From the human T2T-CHM13v2.0 reference genome, Homo sapiens, in assembly GCF_009914755.1 (NCBI RefSeq), contig NC_060947.1: 64,000 nt of DNA; one strand, 5' to 3'. The stretch's first letter is position 1; each line of letters opens with the position of its first letter. Positions 41,373 through 57,462 of the stretch are shown piece after piece. The position numbers and the translations under genes were made by a program. The notes under the pieces were generated by a model. It saw only the letters and a list, made by a program, of their open reading frames with translations. It ran no database searches and had not been told where the DNA came from.

Positions 41373-41746
41373 TATTAGTCTGTTCTTGCACTGCTATAAA
41401 GAAATACCTGAGACTGCGTAATTTATAAAGAAAAGAAGTTTGTCTCACAGTTCTGCAGGCTATATGGGAGGCATAGTAGCTTCTGCTTCTGGGGAGCCTT
41501 CAGGAAACTTACAATCATGGTGGAAGGTGAAGGGGAAGCAGGCATATGACTGCAGCAGGAGAAAGAGAGAGAGTGCCACACACTTTTAAACAACCAGATC
41601 TCATGAGAACTTACTATCATGAGAACAGCATCAAGGGGGAAATCCACCCCCATGATCCAGTCACCTCCCACCAGGCCCCACCTCCAACACTGGGGATTAA
41701 AATTCGACATGAGATTTGGGTGGGGGCACAGATCCAAATCATATCA
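41371..41746 (-). mobile_element. MSTA MaLR solo LTR
   Basis: 'attagtctgttcttgcactgctataaagaaatacctgagact...gggcacagatccaaatcatatca'. Confidence 0.9.
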
Positions 41747-41753
41747 ATATATA

Positions 41754-43099
<1,346 letters not shown>

Positions 43100-43504
43100 T
43101 ATATGTATAATTTTTGGACATTGCACAACAGGAAATTCAGGCCCGTGGTCTCTGTGAAAAGGAAAACAAATGGGTGCCCTGTGATTGTCCTGGCCTGTTG
43201 TGTGGAGGCACATGCTATCCTGCCCTATACTGAAAGGAATCACAGGCAGAGCATGAAACTTTCTCTGATTTGAAGAGACAGGGAGGTCTAGGTGGCTAAG
43301 ACTTATAGGGCATAGTATGAGAGAGGAGGGAGTTAGTTGCATGAGGAAAAAGCTTCAGAAACCTGCATGGGAGTAAACTATACATGTGTATGGAGAAATT
43401 ATGGCAATATGGGGAAAACAAACCAGAAAGCTGTAACTAAACAGCTCCCAGATGTCACTCAGGGCTGATAGATACCAGGACACTCCTGTTTCAGTCCCTG
43501 ACAG

Positions 43505-43722
43505 TTTCTGTATTTCCAGCATCAACTGCCAGACACAGGAGTGAGCAAACCTTCAGCTCATTCCAGCCCCTAGCCTTGGAGCAATCCCAGCTAATGCTGT
43601 ATGGAGCAGAGACAGGCTCTCTCTACTGAACCCTGCCCAGATTGCAAATTCATGAGCTGAATAAATGTTCTAAGCTAAAAACAATGGGGTGGTTTGTAAC
43701 TTAGCATTACATATCTAGAACA
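43505..43722 (+). mobile_element. MLT1F/G-like LTR 3' part
   Basis: 'ccagcatcaactgccagacac...ccctgcccagattgcaaattcatgagc..aataaatg...agaaca'. Confidence 0.7.
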
Positions 43723-44070
43723 CATCCTGTATGCTTTCAACTTGTAATTGCTATGTGTGTTTTATTAATCAGTTACTGTATTATTTCCAAATGCAAGGTA
43801 AAAGTGGCTCTCTGGGGAATGGTTCCTTTCTGTACTGTAGCTTGCACTCACCTCCAATACTTGCCCTTCTAGGTTGGGAGAATCTAATTCAGCGAAGTGT
43901 TTCTCTACATCAGGATGATGCTAAATGACTGATGAGGACATGGCTCTTAGTAAGAGCACTGCCAGAGACTTTAAATTTGATGAGACTCCTTGGCTAAAGC
44001 AACCTCTGAATGAAATTGTCTTCAGAGAAAAAAAAAATACTTTAACAAAGTCTTCCCCTTTCCCCTGCAG

Positions 44071-44152
44071 TTTTTTCCAACTTAGAAAGTATTGACGGTG
44101 TTTCCCAGGATGTCGTTTACTCATTTCCTACCACACAGCACCATTTCTCTTG
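44071..44152 (+). other. Candidate 82-bp internal exon, no gene assigned
   Basis: Branch-like tttaac, acceptor tcttcccctttcccctgcag, donor TTG|gtaaga; one open frame. Confidence 0.25.
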
Positions 44153-44502
44153 GTAAGAATGGCGTTGTCCCTAGGTGACTTTTTATCAGTCTGAAATTCA
44201 TACCATCTATTTGAAACTATTTCTTAGTTCAAGTTCTGCAGAAAGATTTTCCTTATTTTCCCCAATTTGGTCATAAAGATCAGCTTTTGTCACCCAATTA
44301 TGCAGGCTCATCTAGCAAGGATGTCCTCTATTTCCCAAATAGTCTATTATGACCATATGTTGTTCTTACAATGGAAACAAATTAACACACACACACAAAC
44401 TATATTGGAAAATGTTTATGTACTTCAGAAAACCTTCTATAAAGAAAGTTTAAGAGTCTAAGGTAAACTGGGAAAATATTTCCTGCAAATATGATAGATT
44501 TA

Positions 44503-44720
44503 AAGCAGGCCCCAACCTAAACATTGTCAACATTTCGAGCCACATAAATTTTTGCTGTGAGGGGCAGTCCTACACATTGGAGGATGCTTAGCAGCATCCC
44601 TGGTCTCTACCAATCAGATGCAGTTAGTATACTTCCAGTTTTGATGAGCAAAAAAGGTCTCCATACAATGTCAATATCCCCTTGAGGTGCCAAATCCACC
44701 CCCGGTTTAGAATAACTGAT
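44503..44720. mobile_element. MER20 hAT MITE
   Basis: 'ggatgcttagcagcatccctggtctctacc...aggtctccatacaatgtcaatatcccc'. Confidence 0.8.
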
Positions 44721-45926
44721 TTTTGGCTTTTCCCCTTTATTAGTTAGGCTGTGCTATGTTGCACTAATTGTGATAGACAGGGAGTTAACACAAAATTTTT
44801 GTTTTCACTCACTTCACTGTATTTTGAAAGTCAGTTGGCTCTTCTTTGTGGTTCTTCCTCAATGAAGGAAATCTAGGACAGCTTCCATAGTGATAATTTA
44901 GACCTCTATATTGCAACTTCAGGCTTCTTTATTGCAGTTTAGCCATCTCAAGAGTTCTTTACTTCTTGCTATAGGAATGAGAGAACAAGCCAAGGAGAAT
45001 TCACAGTGCTTTATACTGACTCACAGTAGGAGTGATACATGCCCATTGGTGACATAGCTGCCCTGTCACCCCAATGTAACTGCCATGAAGACTGTACACA
45101 GAAAATTAATGGTGTGGTAACCAATCTCACCATTTTCACCAAATATATCTTATCTGAAAATGGTTTCTTGAAATAATTTAAAAGTCTTTACTGTTAAACA
45201 TCCAATGTCAAAATTACAAAATGTGTAGAGTAGTAACCAAAGAAATAAAAATGATTAATAAATATGTTAAATTGTTTAAGTTAGCTAATAATCAAAAGAA
45301 AATATTAAAATGATTTGCTTTTATAATATTGACACATTTAACAGTGGTAATACACAATGCTGATGAGGATAAAATAAGATAGCAATTTTATATATTACTG
45401 GTGAGATGGTCAGTTATTGAAAACTTTGTAGAAAAACATTGTTAGTAGATATCAAAGACCTTATAATGCTCACACTTTTTGATTCAGTAATACCATTTGT
45501 ATAAACATACTCTATGACAAAGAGGTAATCAGATATACATTTATGTGAAATGATTTTTATTAAAGCAATTTTATAGATGTAAATACTTGGAGTAACAAGC
45601 ACATGCAAGAGTCAGGAACCAAGTAAATACAAACACTCAGACATCCTCTTATCACACTTCGGTTTGAGTCAACAAAAAATAATCACAGAGAATCTAAAAG
45701 GGTTCACGTTTTCATCTTTATTGTAGTTAAAGCTAGAATGGAGAACAGGCCAATGCATCTGGCCTCTGACCTTCAGCTCCTAACTTAGCTCTTGCAAAGT
45801 TCTTGAGTGTAAATAATTCAGAGGATGGAACAAATATGGCAGACCCCTGGGATGGACCTGTCAGAAGCTTGAGGGGAGGTCATTTAAGAGACAAAAGAGA
45901 GAGAGGGTTGTAGGTTGGTTTATTTT

Positions 45927-46629
45927 ATTTTTTAATTTTTGTGATTATACTTTAAGTTCTGGGATACATGTACAGAATGTGCAGGTTTGTTACATAGGTA
46001 TACACGTGCCATGGTGGTTTGCTGCACCCATCAACCCATTATCTGCATTAGGTATTTCTCCTCATGCTCTCCCTCCCCTAGCTGCCTGACCCCCAACAGG
46101 CTCCAGTATGTGGCATTCCCCTCCCTATGTCCATGTGTTCTCATTGTTCAACTCCCACTTATGAGTGAGAACACACGGTGTTTGGTTTTCTGTTCTTGTG
46201 TTAGTTTGCTGAGAATGACGGTTTCCAGCTTCACCCATGTCCCTGCAAAGGACATGAACTCATCCTTTTAATGGCTGCATAGTATTTCATGGTGTATATG
46301 TGCCACATTTTCTTTATCCAGTCTATCATTGATGGACATTTGGGTTGGTTCCAAGTCTTTGCTATCGTGAACAGTGCTGCAATAAACATACATGTACATG
46401 TGTCTTTATAGTAGTATGATTTATAATCCTTTGGGTATATACCCAGTAATGGGATCGCTGGGTCAAATGGTATTTCTGGTTCTAGATCCTTGAGGAATCG
46501 CCACACTATCTTCCACAATGGTTGAACTAATTTATACTCCCACCAACAGAGTAAAAGTGTTCCTATTTCTCCACATCCTCTCCAGCATCTGTTGTTTCCT
46601 GACTTTTTAGTTATTGCCATTCTAACTGG
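45927..46629 (-). mobile_element. L1PA7/8-like 3' end
   Basis: ORF2 C-terminal peptide in the 46231..46698 ORF; 14-bp TSD ggttggtttatttt. Confidence 0.92.
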
Positions 46630-47042
46630 GGTTGGTTTATTTTTAGACACTACTGGTAATTTGGACCAATCAATTTGAGGCTTTAAAGCAGCCTCCATTC
46701 AAGTAATCCATTCTTCTTCCAAAATGTTATCACTGAAAATCAGATACAGTACAAGTTAGAAGCTCCATGGTGGTAATGCTTCTTCCTGGAGGATGAAAAA
46801 AGACATTTCCTCATAGAGTGGATTGGAGAAGGGGGATGTTTAGGGAAAGGGAGGGAGAAAAGAGTACCCTATCTAACATAATCAGGCACATTTAAGTGAT
46901 GGGATATTATGCACTCAATGAAAATAATGATTAGAGAAGTATTTAATATATCAAAATGGCAATAATATCAAGGTAAATCAAGAGAAAAATGCAGATTAAA
47001 GAGTTGTATAAACAATACCAAATCATTTACTTAGATAAAGAG

Positions 47043-47164
47043 ATGGTGGTGATGCACAGCTGTAGTCCCAGGTACTCAGGAGGCTGAGATGGGAGGATCA
47101 CTTGAGTCAAGGGGTTCAAGGCCAGCCTGGGAAACATAGAGCATGTCTCTTAAATATATATATG

Positions 47165-47200
<36 letters not shown>
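47043..47200 (+). mobile_element. FLAM-type Alu monomer with (CA)n tail
   Basis: 'tgtagtcccaggtactcaggaggctgagatgggaggatcacttgag...gccagcctggg'. Confidence 0.8.
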
Positions 47201-47202
<2 letters not shown>

Positions 47203-47662
47203 TATATATGTATATGATATGATAGAAATTACCTCTGAGTGATGGGATACAGAATAATTAATATATTTAGCTTCTATGTTTTCCTGTTTTTTTTCTGTAT
47301 TTTAGAAAATGTACTTTAGCAACTTACTAAAATATTTGATATCCCAATCTATTGATCTATATCTGGCTACTACTAAAATTTAGGGGAAGTGCATGTGGTC
47401 ATTGGCGTAGGTAGACCATATGTCTAATTCCTACATGCACAGATTAGCTGCAGATGGGCATCATACCAGGTTAAAGGTTGCATCAGATTAAGGGTTCAGA
47501 GAAGGAGCAAGGGCTGGGAAAATGGTCATGTTGAATATAAGCATCTCTTCAATTAGGGGTTAGCTAGATAGGCAAATTAAAATAAAGACAATTCATATGT
47601 GAATGGGAGCTGGGGAGGGCAGTGTGTATGTGCAGAAATGAGTTTTAAAACCCAGGCAGTCA

Positions 47663-48025
<363 letters not shown>

Positions 48026-48596
48026 CTAGGATCACTAACATTGTTCCAGTAGCTTCTGTTTGAGGAATTTGTTTTTTTTTTTTTTTAAGCATTTAGGCAG
48101 GTAGAAATGCATATGCAAGTTTCTAGCAGAAAGGAGGACCCTGTTTGCCACACATACCTCTAAACCTTACTGAGAGTCACTTCTGAGTAACCCTGATGTA
48201 GCTATCCACAGGTTGCTGATAATTAGGAACCAGCTGGCTGCATAGTGAGTGAGGCTGAGGCACAGATTTTTTTTTTTTTTTTTGGCAGAGTTAGTTCTCT
48301 GACACCTGTTGTGCTTTGTAAGTTCCATTTATACTTTTTAATATATCTGCTCCTTCCTCACTGATGCTCTGACAACTGTAAAAGAATGTTTCCACCAGAG
48401 CATTAACTTTGCTTCAGATTTGAAGCTTTCATTTTATGTGTATAGGAAAGCAGATAACTCAACCTGTTCAAAATACATATTGAGTGAGTTAATATGTTTC
48501 AGAGAATTACTGCTTTAGTATTTGTACTTTGTGAAAACTATAATTGTGTCTTAAATGATTTTATTTTTGTATATGGTAAGGTCCAGATATAGCCTA

Positions 48597-48730
48597 GAGC
48601 AGTGGTTCTCAAAGTGCATTCCCTGACCAGGCTCATCAGCACCACCTGGGAATGCAAATTCTTAGGCCCTGCCCCAGATCTAATGCATCGGGAACTCTGG
48701 GAGTGCGGATCAGCACTGTGTGTTTCTTTA
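48597..48730. mobile_element. MER5A fragment
   Basis: TIR 'cagtggttctcaaagtg' and 'aatgcaaattcttaggccctgccccagatc'. Confidence 0.8.
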
Positions 48731-49404
48731 AATTGACAAATTATAGATGTATACTGTAATCAGCATTCAAAAGCATTCCAGAAATTAGTAGTTAATATAA
48801 GATCATGTTCTATTGATTAATTTGTGTGAGTGTGACCAAGACAGAGCATTAACAGGTGAAGACTCAACACAAAGAATAAACGTCAATGACAGAATAGCCC
48901 ACAATGGTACAGATAATAGAGGAAGAGAGTGGAGATTCATGGACTTCTAGGGGCTCCTGGAATCACATCACCTAAGTGACTGTCTACATGTGAATACAAT
49001 CTGCTCCATGAGCCAAATACCAACTCCAACAAACTTGATATTTTAAGAATATCAAAGAAAGACACATGTGCCTGGCCAATGGGGAATACAAGAGAGAGGA
49101 TTTCCAGGAACGAGTGCACTCTTTCTCTTCCTCCAAAATGTAAATGAAAAACATTCTGAAATCTTCCTTTCACATGTCCTTCCCTCCTACCTACCTTTGA
49201 CTACAGGTACACATTTTGGACAATTAAAACATATCCATACTTGACTAGAGGCTATTTTCAAAGTTGAAATGGTCTAACACACAGGTCTAAGACAATCATT
49301 TGTGACTCTTAGTTGATGAGCCTTAGCTTGCTGTCCTTGCTTTGAAATCCTATATTTTTCACTAAATCTAAAACATTTGATTTCAATGATTAATAAGAAA
49401 ACCT

Positions 49405-49620
49405 ACAATACTGAGTGTCAGGACCTGTACTAAAGTTTTATACTTAGCATCTCATTTCAGCTTCAATACATGGAGAGGGTCATAAAATACCTCCCATGGA
49501 AAGGTGAAGAAAATAATGCTCAGAGAGATTAAATGCCTCTCCCAAGGCCATAAGGCCAATGAGTTGTAGAGCTCAGATTGTAATAAAAATGGCTGACTCA
49601 AAACCCATGTGTTTAAGCGA
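49405..49620 (-). mobile_element. MIR
   Basis: 'gctcagagagattaaatgcctctcccaaggccata'. Confidence 0.55.
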
Positions 49621-51334
49621 GAGAATGAGGAAGTCCCACACCAGATGAAGGCACAACCCCATGTCCTTTTGGGAAGGTAAACCTCCTCTTTCAGGGTAAC
49701 CCTGAGGTCACAGCAGTACACAGTTATTATCACCTGATAGGCTCATAAGGCTGTGTCCTAGGATGGAAAAACATTTGAAATATGTAAACTGTGTACTTCT
49801 CCATTGATTTGAGATGGGACCCAGGCCTTGGATATTTTTCTTCATTTAATGCTTTATTGAAGCATAATGTATTTGCAATATACATACTGAATACCATCTT
49901 AAGCCTTGATATGTTTAAAAGCTCCCTCAGGTGATTGTAATTTGCAGCCAGGGTTAAGTACCCATATTGAGAGGGGAAAACAATAAAAATCCTTATGTTC
50001 TTAAGAGCTTTCTTCCTTTATTCGTTGAATTCACATTTTAGTTTTTCTGTTCTTGTTAAGAATCTATCTGCAACTGATGTTATAGTAATTATGCTTGTGT
50101 TTTCCAGACAATGTGGACACCAAGCACATACACAATTAGGATACTCTAAATGTGTTAACTGTTCATAATATTCTTTGAGAATTCCTTTTTTAGAGGTGGC
50201 AAGGATTTGAAAAAATTTGCCTGTTCAACCTCATTAATATTTAGTGAAGTGCCTAGATTAAATTGAGCTGATCACTGAACAGGTGCAAAGGGACCTGCTT
50301 AATAAGTGGAGGATTTCTATGGCATCAACATAGCCACATTCTTTGTAGACAAATGAATATGATTTAGTTTGTATGCATGAAGCACAATTTCACTGTTGGC
50401 CCAGATGTTGATCAGCAACACTAGAAGTGAGGGGAACAATCTGAAAATCTGGATGGAAAACTAAAGTATTTGTTCAGAATAAAAAATATTTGTGGCTAAA
50501 AGGGTAAAAAATACTGTGCTGTTTAGCCTCTATTCCATAGATAATAAGCACCGGAAAAACAGTTCAGATTCTGCTGCCTAGCAGAATGAGCAAAGAACAG
50601 CAGTAATCCAATTTTTGTGGTTAAAACTGTGCCACTGATATTTTTGCTCACGCAGGCTGTTGGGCTAAAAGTGAACAGGAGTGCACAACTATAAAATGAA
50701 TATCATTAGCCTTTGAGCATTTCCACCTTCTGTATTAAATTGGAAACAGGGGAAACCAAATAAGCACCAGTTACTTCTCTAAGTAGCATTATTTTTATAA
50801 TAGTAAGAAACAAGCTGCTTCAAACAACAGAAACAATTGTTCCTGAGATCTAGATTCTGAGTCCTCATATTAAATGTGAAAAGAAGCAGTCATAAACAAG
50901 ACATATTGACAGAATATAATTTAAACCGTGGCTCCCTGTGCATAGTCCCAGTGAATTGAAATTCATCACTAACTGAAACATTCAACATTTCTGTCTCATA
51001 ATTTATGCAGGTTCTAAAAGCCTGACATTGCTTAGAATCATGAGCTTCATAGTTCTTTATTACTTTAAGAGAACAATAGTAATGAGATGGATATAGGCAG
51101 GTTGAAAGCTTGCTGGGGCTGAGGATGAATTGTAAGAGCGAGAAGCACCAAGTCAGGATAGATAAATTAAATTTTATGCATTAAAATTAGAGGTCTAGTT
51201 TCATGCAATCAAAACATATAAAGGGCTTGGGAAAAATAAAAACTCAAGACAAAATAAAACTGAATACTTTGATTTTAATGAAAACATTTACTAGTGAAAA
51301 ATAAACAGTTTTAATATGATAATTAAAGATGAAC

Positions 51335-52250
51335 TAAGGATTAGAACTCTCATACATTGTTGGTGGGAATGTAGAAGGATGCAGCCCCTTTGGAAAAGTG
51401 TGGTAGTTCTTCAATGTTAAACACAGAGTTACCATATGACCCAGCAATTCCACTCCAAAAAGAACTGAAAACATATATCAACAAAAACGGGGTTCATAGA
51501 TGTTCACAGCAGCATTATTCATAATAGCCAAAAAAATGAAACAACAAGAATGCTCATGAACTGATGAATGGATAAACAAAATGTTTTATATCCATACAAT
51601 GGAATATTATTCGGTCATAAAAAAGAATTAAGTACTGATACATGCTATAATATGGATGAATCTTGAAAACATTTTACTAGGTTAAAAGCCAGACATGAAA
51701 AAACCATGTAGTGTTTAATTTCATCTATATGAAATACCCAGAATAGGTAAATCCATAGAGTCAGAAAATAGACTGGTGGTTGTCTAGGGCTGGGTGGGGA
51801 GAGCTTGAGGGAAAATGGTGAGTGACTGCTGATGGGAACAGGAGTTTCCCATTGTTAGGGTGATGAAAATGTTCTGAAATAGAATAGCAGCAGTGGTTGC
51901 ATAATTCTATAAGTACAATTGACTCTTGAACAACATGGGTTTCAACTGCACAGATCCACTTATATGTGGAGATTTTTCAACTAAACGCAGATGGAAACGA
52001 CAGTATTCTCAGGATGTGAAACCCACATCTATGGAATGTGGATTTTTCATATATGTGGGTTCCACAGGGCTGACTGTGGGACTTAAGTATGCACAGATTT
52101 TGGTATACATGAGGGTCCTGGAACCAATCCCCTGCATATACTCAGTGACCACCATATTACTAAAGATCACTGAATTGTACATTTTTAAAAGATGTAGTTT
52201 ATGGTATGTGAATCATATCTCAATAAAGCTATTAAACAAGTGAAAAAGAA
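51335..52250 (+). mobile_element. L1MB7/8-like 3' end, interrupted by MER8
   Basis: 'gagttaccatatgacccagcaattccactcc...catatctcaataaagct'. Confidence 0.85.
51916..52154. mobile_element. MER8 Tigger MITE
   Basis: 'caattgactcttgaacaacatgggtttcaactgc...gggtcctggaaccaatcccc'; TA-flanked. Confidence 0.85.
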
Positions 52251-52625
52251 GATGAACTACATAGTGATATCAAGTACTGATTACTTTAAAGAAGCTGTGG
52301 CTTGGGGAACAGTAGAAGTGGTATAGAATTCATCTTCTAAACAAAGGCAATAATGGAGATGGATGGGGACTATGTAATTATAGTCAGCTGGCAAAATTAT
52401 AAACTTTTTCAGCCAAAGTTTAAACAATGTAGAAAAAGAGAAATTCAAATCACTTCTGTGAGGTTCAGGTTTAAACCAAATTGAAAGAAACAAAAAAACA
52501 AATTTAACAACTCATTGAAATCAACAAAATAACTGTTCCTTGAGGCTATTGTATAAAATTACTATTTTGAGCATGCAATTAGTAATATCTCTGTGTATTT
52601 TTTAAAGTTGCTGAGGCGCTAATTT

Positions 52626-52634
52626 TGTGTGTGT

Positions 52635-52667
<33 letters not shown>
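52626..52667. repeat. (GT)n microsatellite
   Basis: About 20 GT units with one interruption. Confidence 0.95.
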
Positions 52668-55371
52668 CCTAAGAAATATCCCAAGTGACGCAGAATGTAT
52701 AAGATATTCTTGCACAGGAAACTATGGAGTATGTGAGTTACTTTATGAATTACCATAGTCAATATTAACTAATTATTACAAAAAATCATCCTGCCCAGGG
52801 AATCCAAAGTATATGTTTTTAAGTTTTGAGCTTAAGAAATTTTGAATTAGGGTTTACAGTTTTGATTTCTTATAATGCTCCTCCCATCATAATAGTTATG
52901 GAACTGAAATTTGGATATACTAAAACAGAGGTATTTCCTTTTCCTTTCCTACTTTCTTATTTTTCTTGGCCCTCAAATGGCCTAGTTTATAAAACAGTGA
53001 TTAGTCCAAATAGGGTCATATCTTAAGTGTATGGAATTTTAATATGAACACTAATATGCAATTGAAATAAAAGTTTATGAGAGGCCCGAACACACTTGTG
53101 CTAGCTAATTCTCCCTCAGGTGGGAAATTCTCCAGATACATTTGGAAGGCATTTGTGTGGCAAACAAGTTGGTGAGGACATTAGGAATAATTTGAGTCAA
53201 ATATTAAAGGATTTACGTGAACTGGTGCATGTACAAGAATTTTGGGATACTGCATATCTGCTATATTTCCAACTTACTTTGGTCAGTAGTAACACATAAT
53301 GTAGTAAATTTTCTACATTTTCTCACCAGTTCTAATATTCATTCTCATTTCTGATTGATGGAAACCTAGGAACCCAGAGCAGGGTAAGCAGTAAGTTTTC
53401 CTGTAGATACTGCTTTCTCAATGCTCAGTATTTACTTTATGGGACTAAAACAATCTCTGGATATGGGCCAGTGGAATTGAGAGCTGCTATAGAATTCTGA
53501 AATGTGCTATAATCAATTGTGCATTTGCATTTTATATGCTGAATCTTGTGGAGCACAGTCATGGTGAACAGTATTTGTGAATGTGCTTTGTATGGACAAT
53601 AATATGGCTAATACGTCAACTTTCTGATTAGGTGATTAAGTATTTACATATTGTAATATTTGGCATAATTCTTTGGTAATTCTCAATATTCATTTCAATT
53701 TTTTCAGATATCTTTGGTTTAGGGCATTTGGGGTCGTGAGTATATACCTAAGGGTTTCTGCAAAAATCAGAGTTCACTAGAATTCTTGTGCCCTAAATGA
53801 GCAATAATAAAGGCAAGGGAAATGAGAAAGTAGATTAAAATAGTGGATCTCAAATATGGGGTTTTAAGCACATATTTTGGCTCATGGGAATGAAAACTGA
53901 AAGATTTTATGTAAAAATCTTGAAACTCAATTATTTATTGTTATTTTACACCAAGTACATGGATTTAATTTGTTGATCTAAGTGCTTCATGACTTTAATA
54001 TTTTGGTTTTCCTCTGAAATTAGTTTGGATGGTTTTATTCTCTAGGCTTAGAAAAAGTTGACACATTAGGTCATCTAGACCTGTACAGTTTAGGGCCAAC
54101 TTCAGGATCATTTGGCCACAGGTCAAAGTGAACAAAAATAATGCATATAAAGAAGAATAAAAATTTTTCTGGAGAGGGCATCAGCATAATTTAATCACAT
54201 ATACAATATATAGCATGAAATAAAGTTGGATAACTGTACAATGATAGCTCAAAAGAGAAAAAAATGAAGTAATAAGCTCTCATAGTAAAGTGTGGAGATA
54301 AGTAAAAATACAACTAAATTGGAAAAATAAATACGAACTGCTGATCCTCTGTCCCTCTTTTCTTTTTAAGGGAACTCTTTCTTTGTCAATAAAGTGACTA
54401 ATCTCTGGCACTATCCTGGCTACTCAGGTCATTAAATAGAACAACCTAATGTGCTTTCTAGGTTCCCATGTGTTTGAACTCAACATTATATTCCACTAAA
54501 AGAAAAAATTTCTCGTTTGGGGGAGAAACAAATAAAGATGAGCTTGGAGCATCTTATTATTGCAAGAAAGCCAGGATTCATTAAGAGAAACATGAATTCG
54601 TGTTTAAAAGGACAAAGTGGCCAGCATACAAAGAGGGCTGCCAATCACCAAGTAGTGACAATTTCATGTTAAAAAGGGATGGAATTATTAAAGTTAATTA
54701 CAACATTGAGTTTAGAAGAAGTCCTGGTTTCATGTCAATACTATAAATGGAATGGGCACTCAGAACTTGTTAAATGTAATTGCAATACATAAACCATAAT
54801 GCATGAATTTTAATAGTGTCTATAAAATATACGTCAATTAACACAAATTAGATAATTGCTACACTGAACTTCTGATGAACCATTGGGCTGCAAAATACAG
54901 AGTTTTAAAAAATATATACAGATAAATAAAAATTTAATAATGAGAGTGCTGAGTGGGAAATTAAATGGGAATCCTGAATGGGAAGAAATAAGGGAGGATT
55001 TAAAAGGGCAACCTATTGTATAGGAGAAAGAAATAGTATAAATATTATCTTATAGAAATAAAAGGAGTGACTTTTTACATAAAAAGTAAATTTTAGAGAT
55101 CAGGCTAACCTTTGAGAGGAGGAAGAGAGAAAGAAGAAATAAAGCAAGCAAGACTATGAAATGGTTTGCATTCTCTTGGCCACAATAATGAAAGTAGTGA
55201 AAAACATAGTAAAGGTCAAACTGAGTGGAGTCATTATCCAAATTGAGGGTGAATTGTGTGCATTCTAATTTTGTTACAGTGGCATTAGGTCCCAAACTCC
55301 CATGGAAACATAATAGGGGAAATATCACATTTAAATGGTATTTCTTGAGAGGTGAGGACAAATGCAGTCTA

Positions 55372-56310
55372 CATTTTTATTTTGTTTTTAAACTTCACCT
55401 TTTATTTTAAATATAGGGGTACGAGTACAGGTTTGTTACATGGGCATATTGCACTCAGGTAGTGAGAAAGGTACCCAATAGGTAGTTTTTCAATCTACGC
55501 TCCCTCCTCCCTGCTCTAGTAGTCCACAGTGTCTATTATTCCCATGTTTATGTCTATGTGTGCTCAATGGTTAGCTCCCACTTATCAGTCAGAACATGTG
55601 GTATTTGGTTTTCTATTCCTGTATTAGGATTATGGCATCCAGCTCCAGCTTCATGCATGTTGCCGCAAAGTACATGATTTAATTCTTTTTTATGGCTGTG
55701 TAGTATTTCATGGTGTGTACATATCACATTTGCTTTATCCAATCCACCACTGATGGGCACTTAGGTTGATTCCATGTCTTTGCTAGTGAGAATAGTGTGG
55801 GGATGAAAATATTATTACAAGTGTCTTTTCAGTATACTGATTTATTTTCCTTTGAGTATATACCCAGTAATGGGATTATCGGGTTGAGTGATAGCTCTGT
55901 TCTAAGTTCTTTAAAAAATCTCCTGACTGTTTTCCACAGTAGCTGAACTAATTTGTATTCCCACCAACAGTGTATAAGTAAGTATTCCCTTTTCTCCACA
56001 GCCTCGCCATCTGTTGTTTTTTGACTTTTTAATAATAGCCATTATGACTGGTGTGAGATGGTATTTTATTGACAGAATCCCATTTGCAATAGCCACAAAG
56101 AAACTATCAATAGAATAAATGAAAGAAAATGTTTACAAACCATGCAACCAATGAAGGTCTACTATCCAGAACTTAAATTAACATGCAAAAAAACAAATAA
56201 CCCCCATTAAAATATAGGCAAAAGACAGGAACAGACACTTCTCCAAAAATCCTTACACACGGCCAACAAACATATGAAAAACATTCTCATGATCGTTAAT
56301 CATCAGAGAC
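55372..56310 (-). mobile_element. L1PA15/16-like element with 5' inversion
   Basis: Minus-strand 3' part at 55372-56071 and plus-strand ORF2 piece at 56072-56309. Confidence 0.8.
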
Positions 56311-57462
56311 ATCTAGGTTTCTTGACCTGAATGAATGGTAAGGTCAAGGACCACCTTTTGCAGAGATTTGTAGGGGAGGCAGAGAAGTGGTGTAAATTGG
56401 AGAATTTGAGTCATGTACAAAGAGATTTATATAAACCAGCACATCTGATACAGTTTCTAGGTACTGCAGACCTGCTTCTTCTCCCCTTAACCCTACTCAA
56501 ATCAGTGGAGTTTTCCAACAGTGTTTAGTTTATCTATATTGTCTTACCCACTCCATTTGTTGGCTCTGCTTCCTGGGAGAATCCCTTAGGAACTGAGCCT
56601 GGGGGAAAGACTGAGTTAGTTGGCTTCAGATCCAAGTAATCTAAGCGAGCAGGAGAGTTGGGTTGGATCACTCAAGATGGGGTGGAATAGAATAAGGAAA
56701 GAATAATCATAATGACTTTTAGCAAATCTTCCCTGTCAAAAATCCAAAGTTTAAGTTAAAATAGATGTATAGGTTCCTTAAATGTTAACAGGTGAAAGTT
56801 TCCTCTCCTTATTTTACATACGACATCACTGAGGCCCAACGTGGTAAAGTGATTCACCCAAGATCGCTCAGATACCTAATGGCAGAGCACGTTCCTTGGC
56901 TTTTCTGTCCAGTTTTCTATCTCCTGTAATGAACTGCTGTGGTGTTGAAAAAGAACAGGTAACATAATGTATGATCTGAAGATGACATTTTAAATGATAA
57001 GTTAAACATTTCCTACATATAAATAATGTTCACACAAAGATAACTCAAGGTCTAGGAGAGAACGAGAATAAATCAGGGGCAAAGTGTAAAAATATTAATG
57101 TGACTTTTATATCAAAAATACATAGATTAATTTGTCTAAATTTTGCCAAAGTTAGTACCGTTCACCATGTTAATGATGTGTAGAAATACCCAAACACATT
57201 AAAATTTAATTCTGGTAAATGTGAGAGGCTTGTTTGATTTCATAGAAAAATCTGATTTCTAAAATATAATTAAAATTAATGAAGCTTTATTACTTTCAGG
57301 TAAACATAGTAACTAGTCACAAGTAAACTTTTTTACTTGTGCCAAATTTACTTACATCAGAATAGTTTCCAATTAGTATTTTATTTATTTTATATAGGGA
57401 TGACAAAATTTTTTAAAAATAGTTTGTTCTTGATTTGTTAAATACCTCTCGTTTATTTAACA

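Noticed and set aside
40844-41428. 194-aa ORF
   Set aside because: Its length comes from a stop-free (TATG)n microsatellite; low-complexity Y/I/C/V/M translation.
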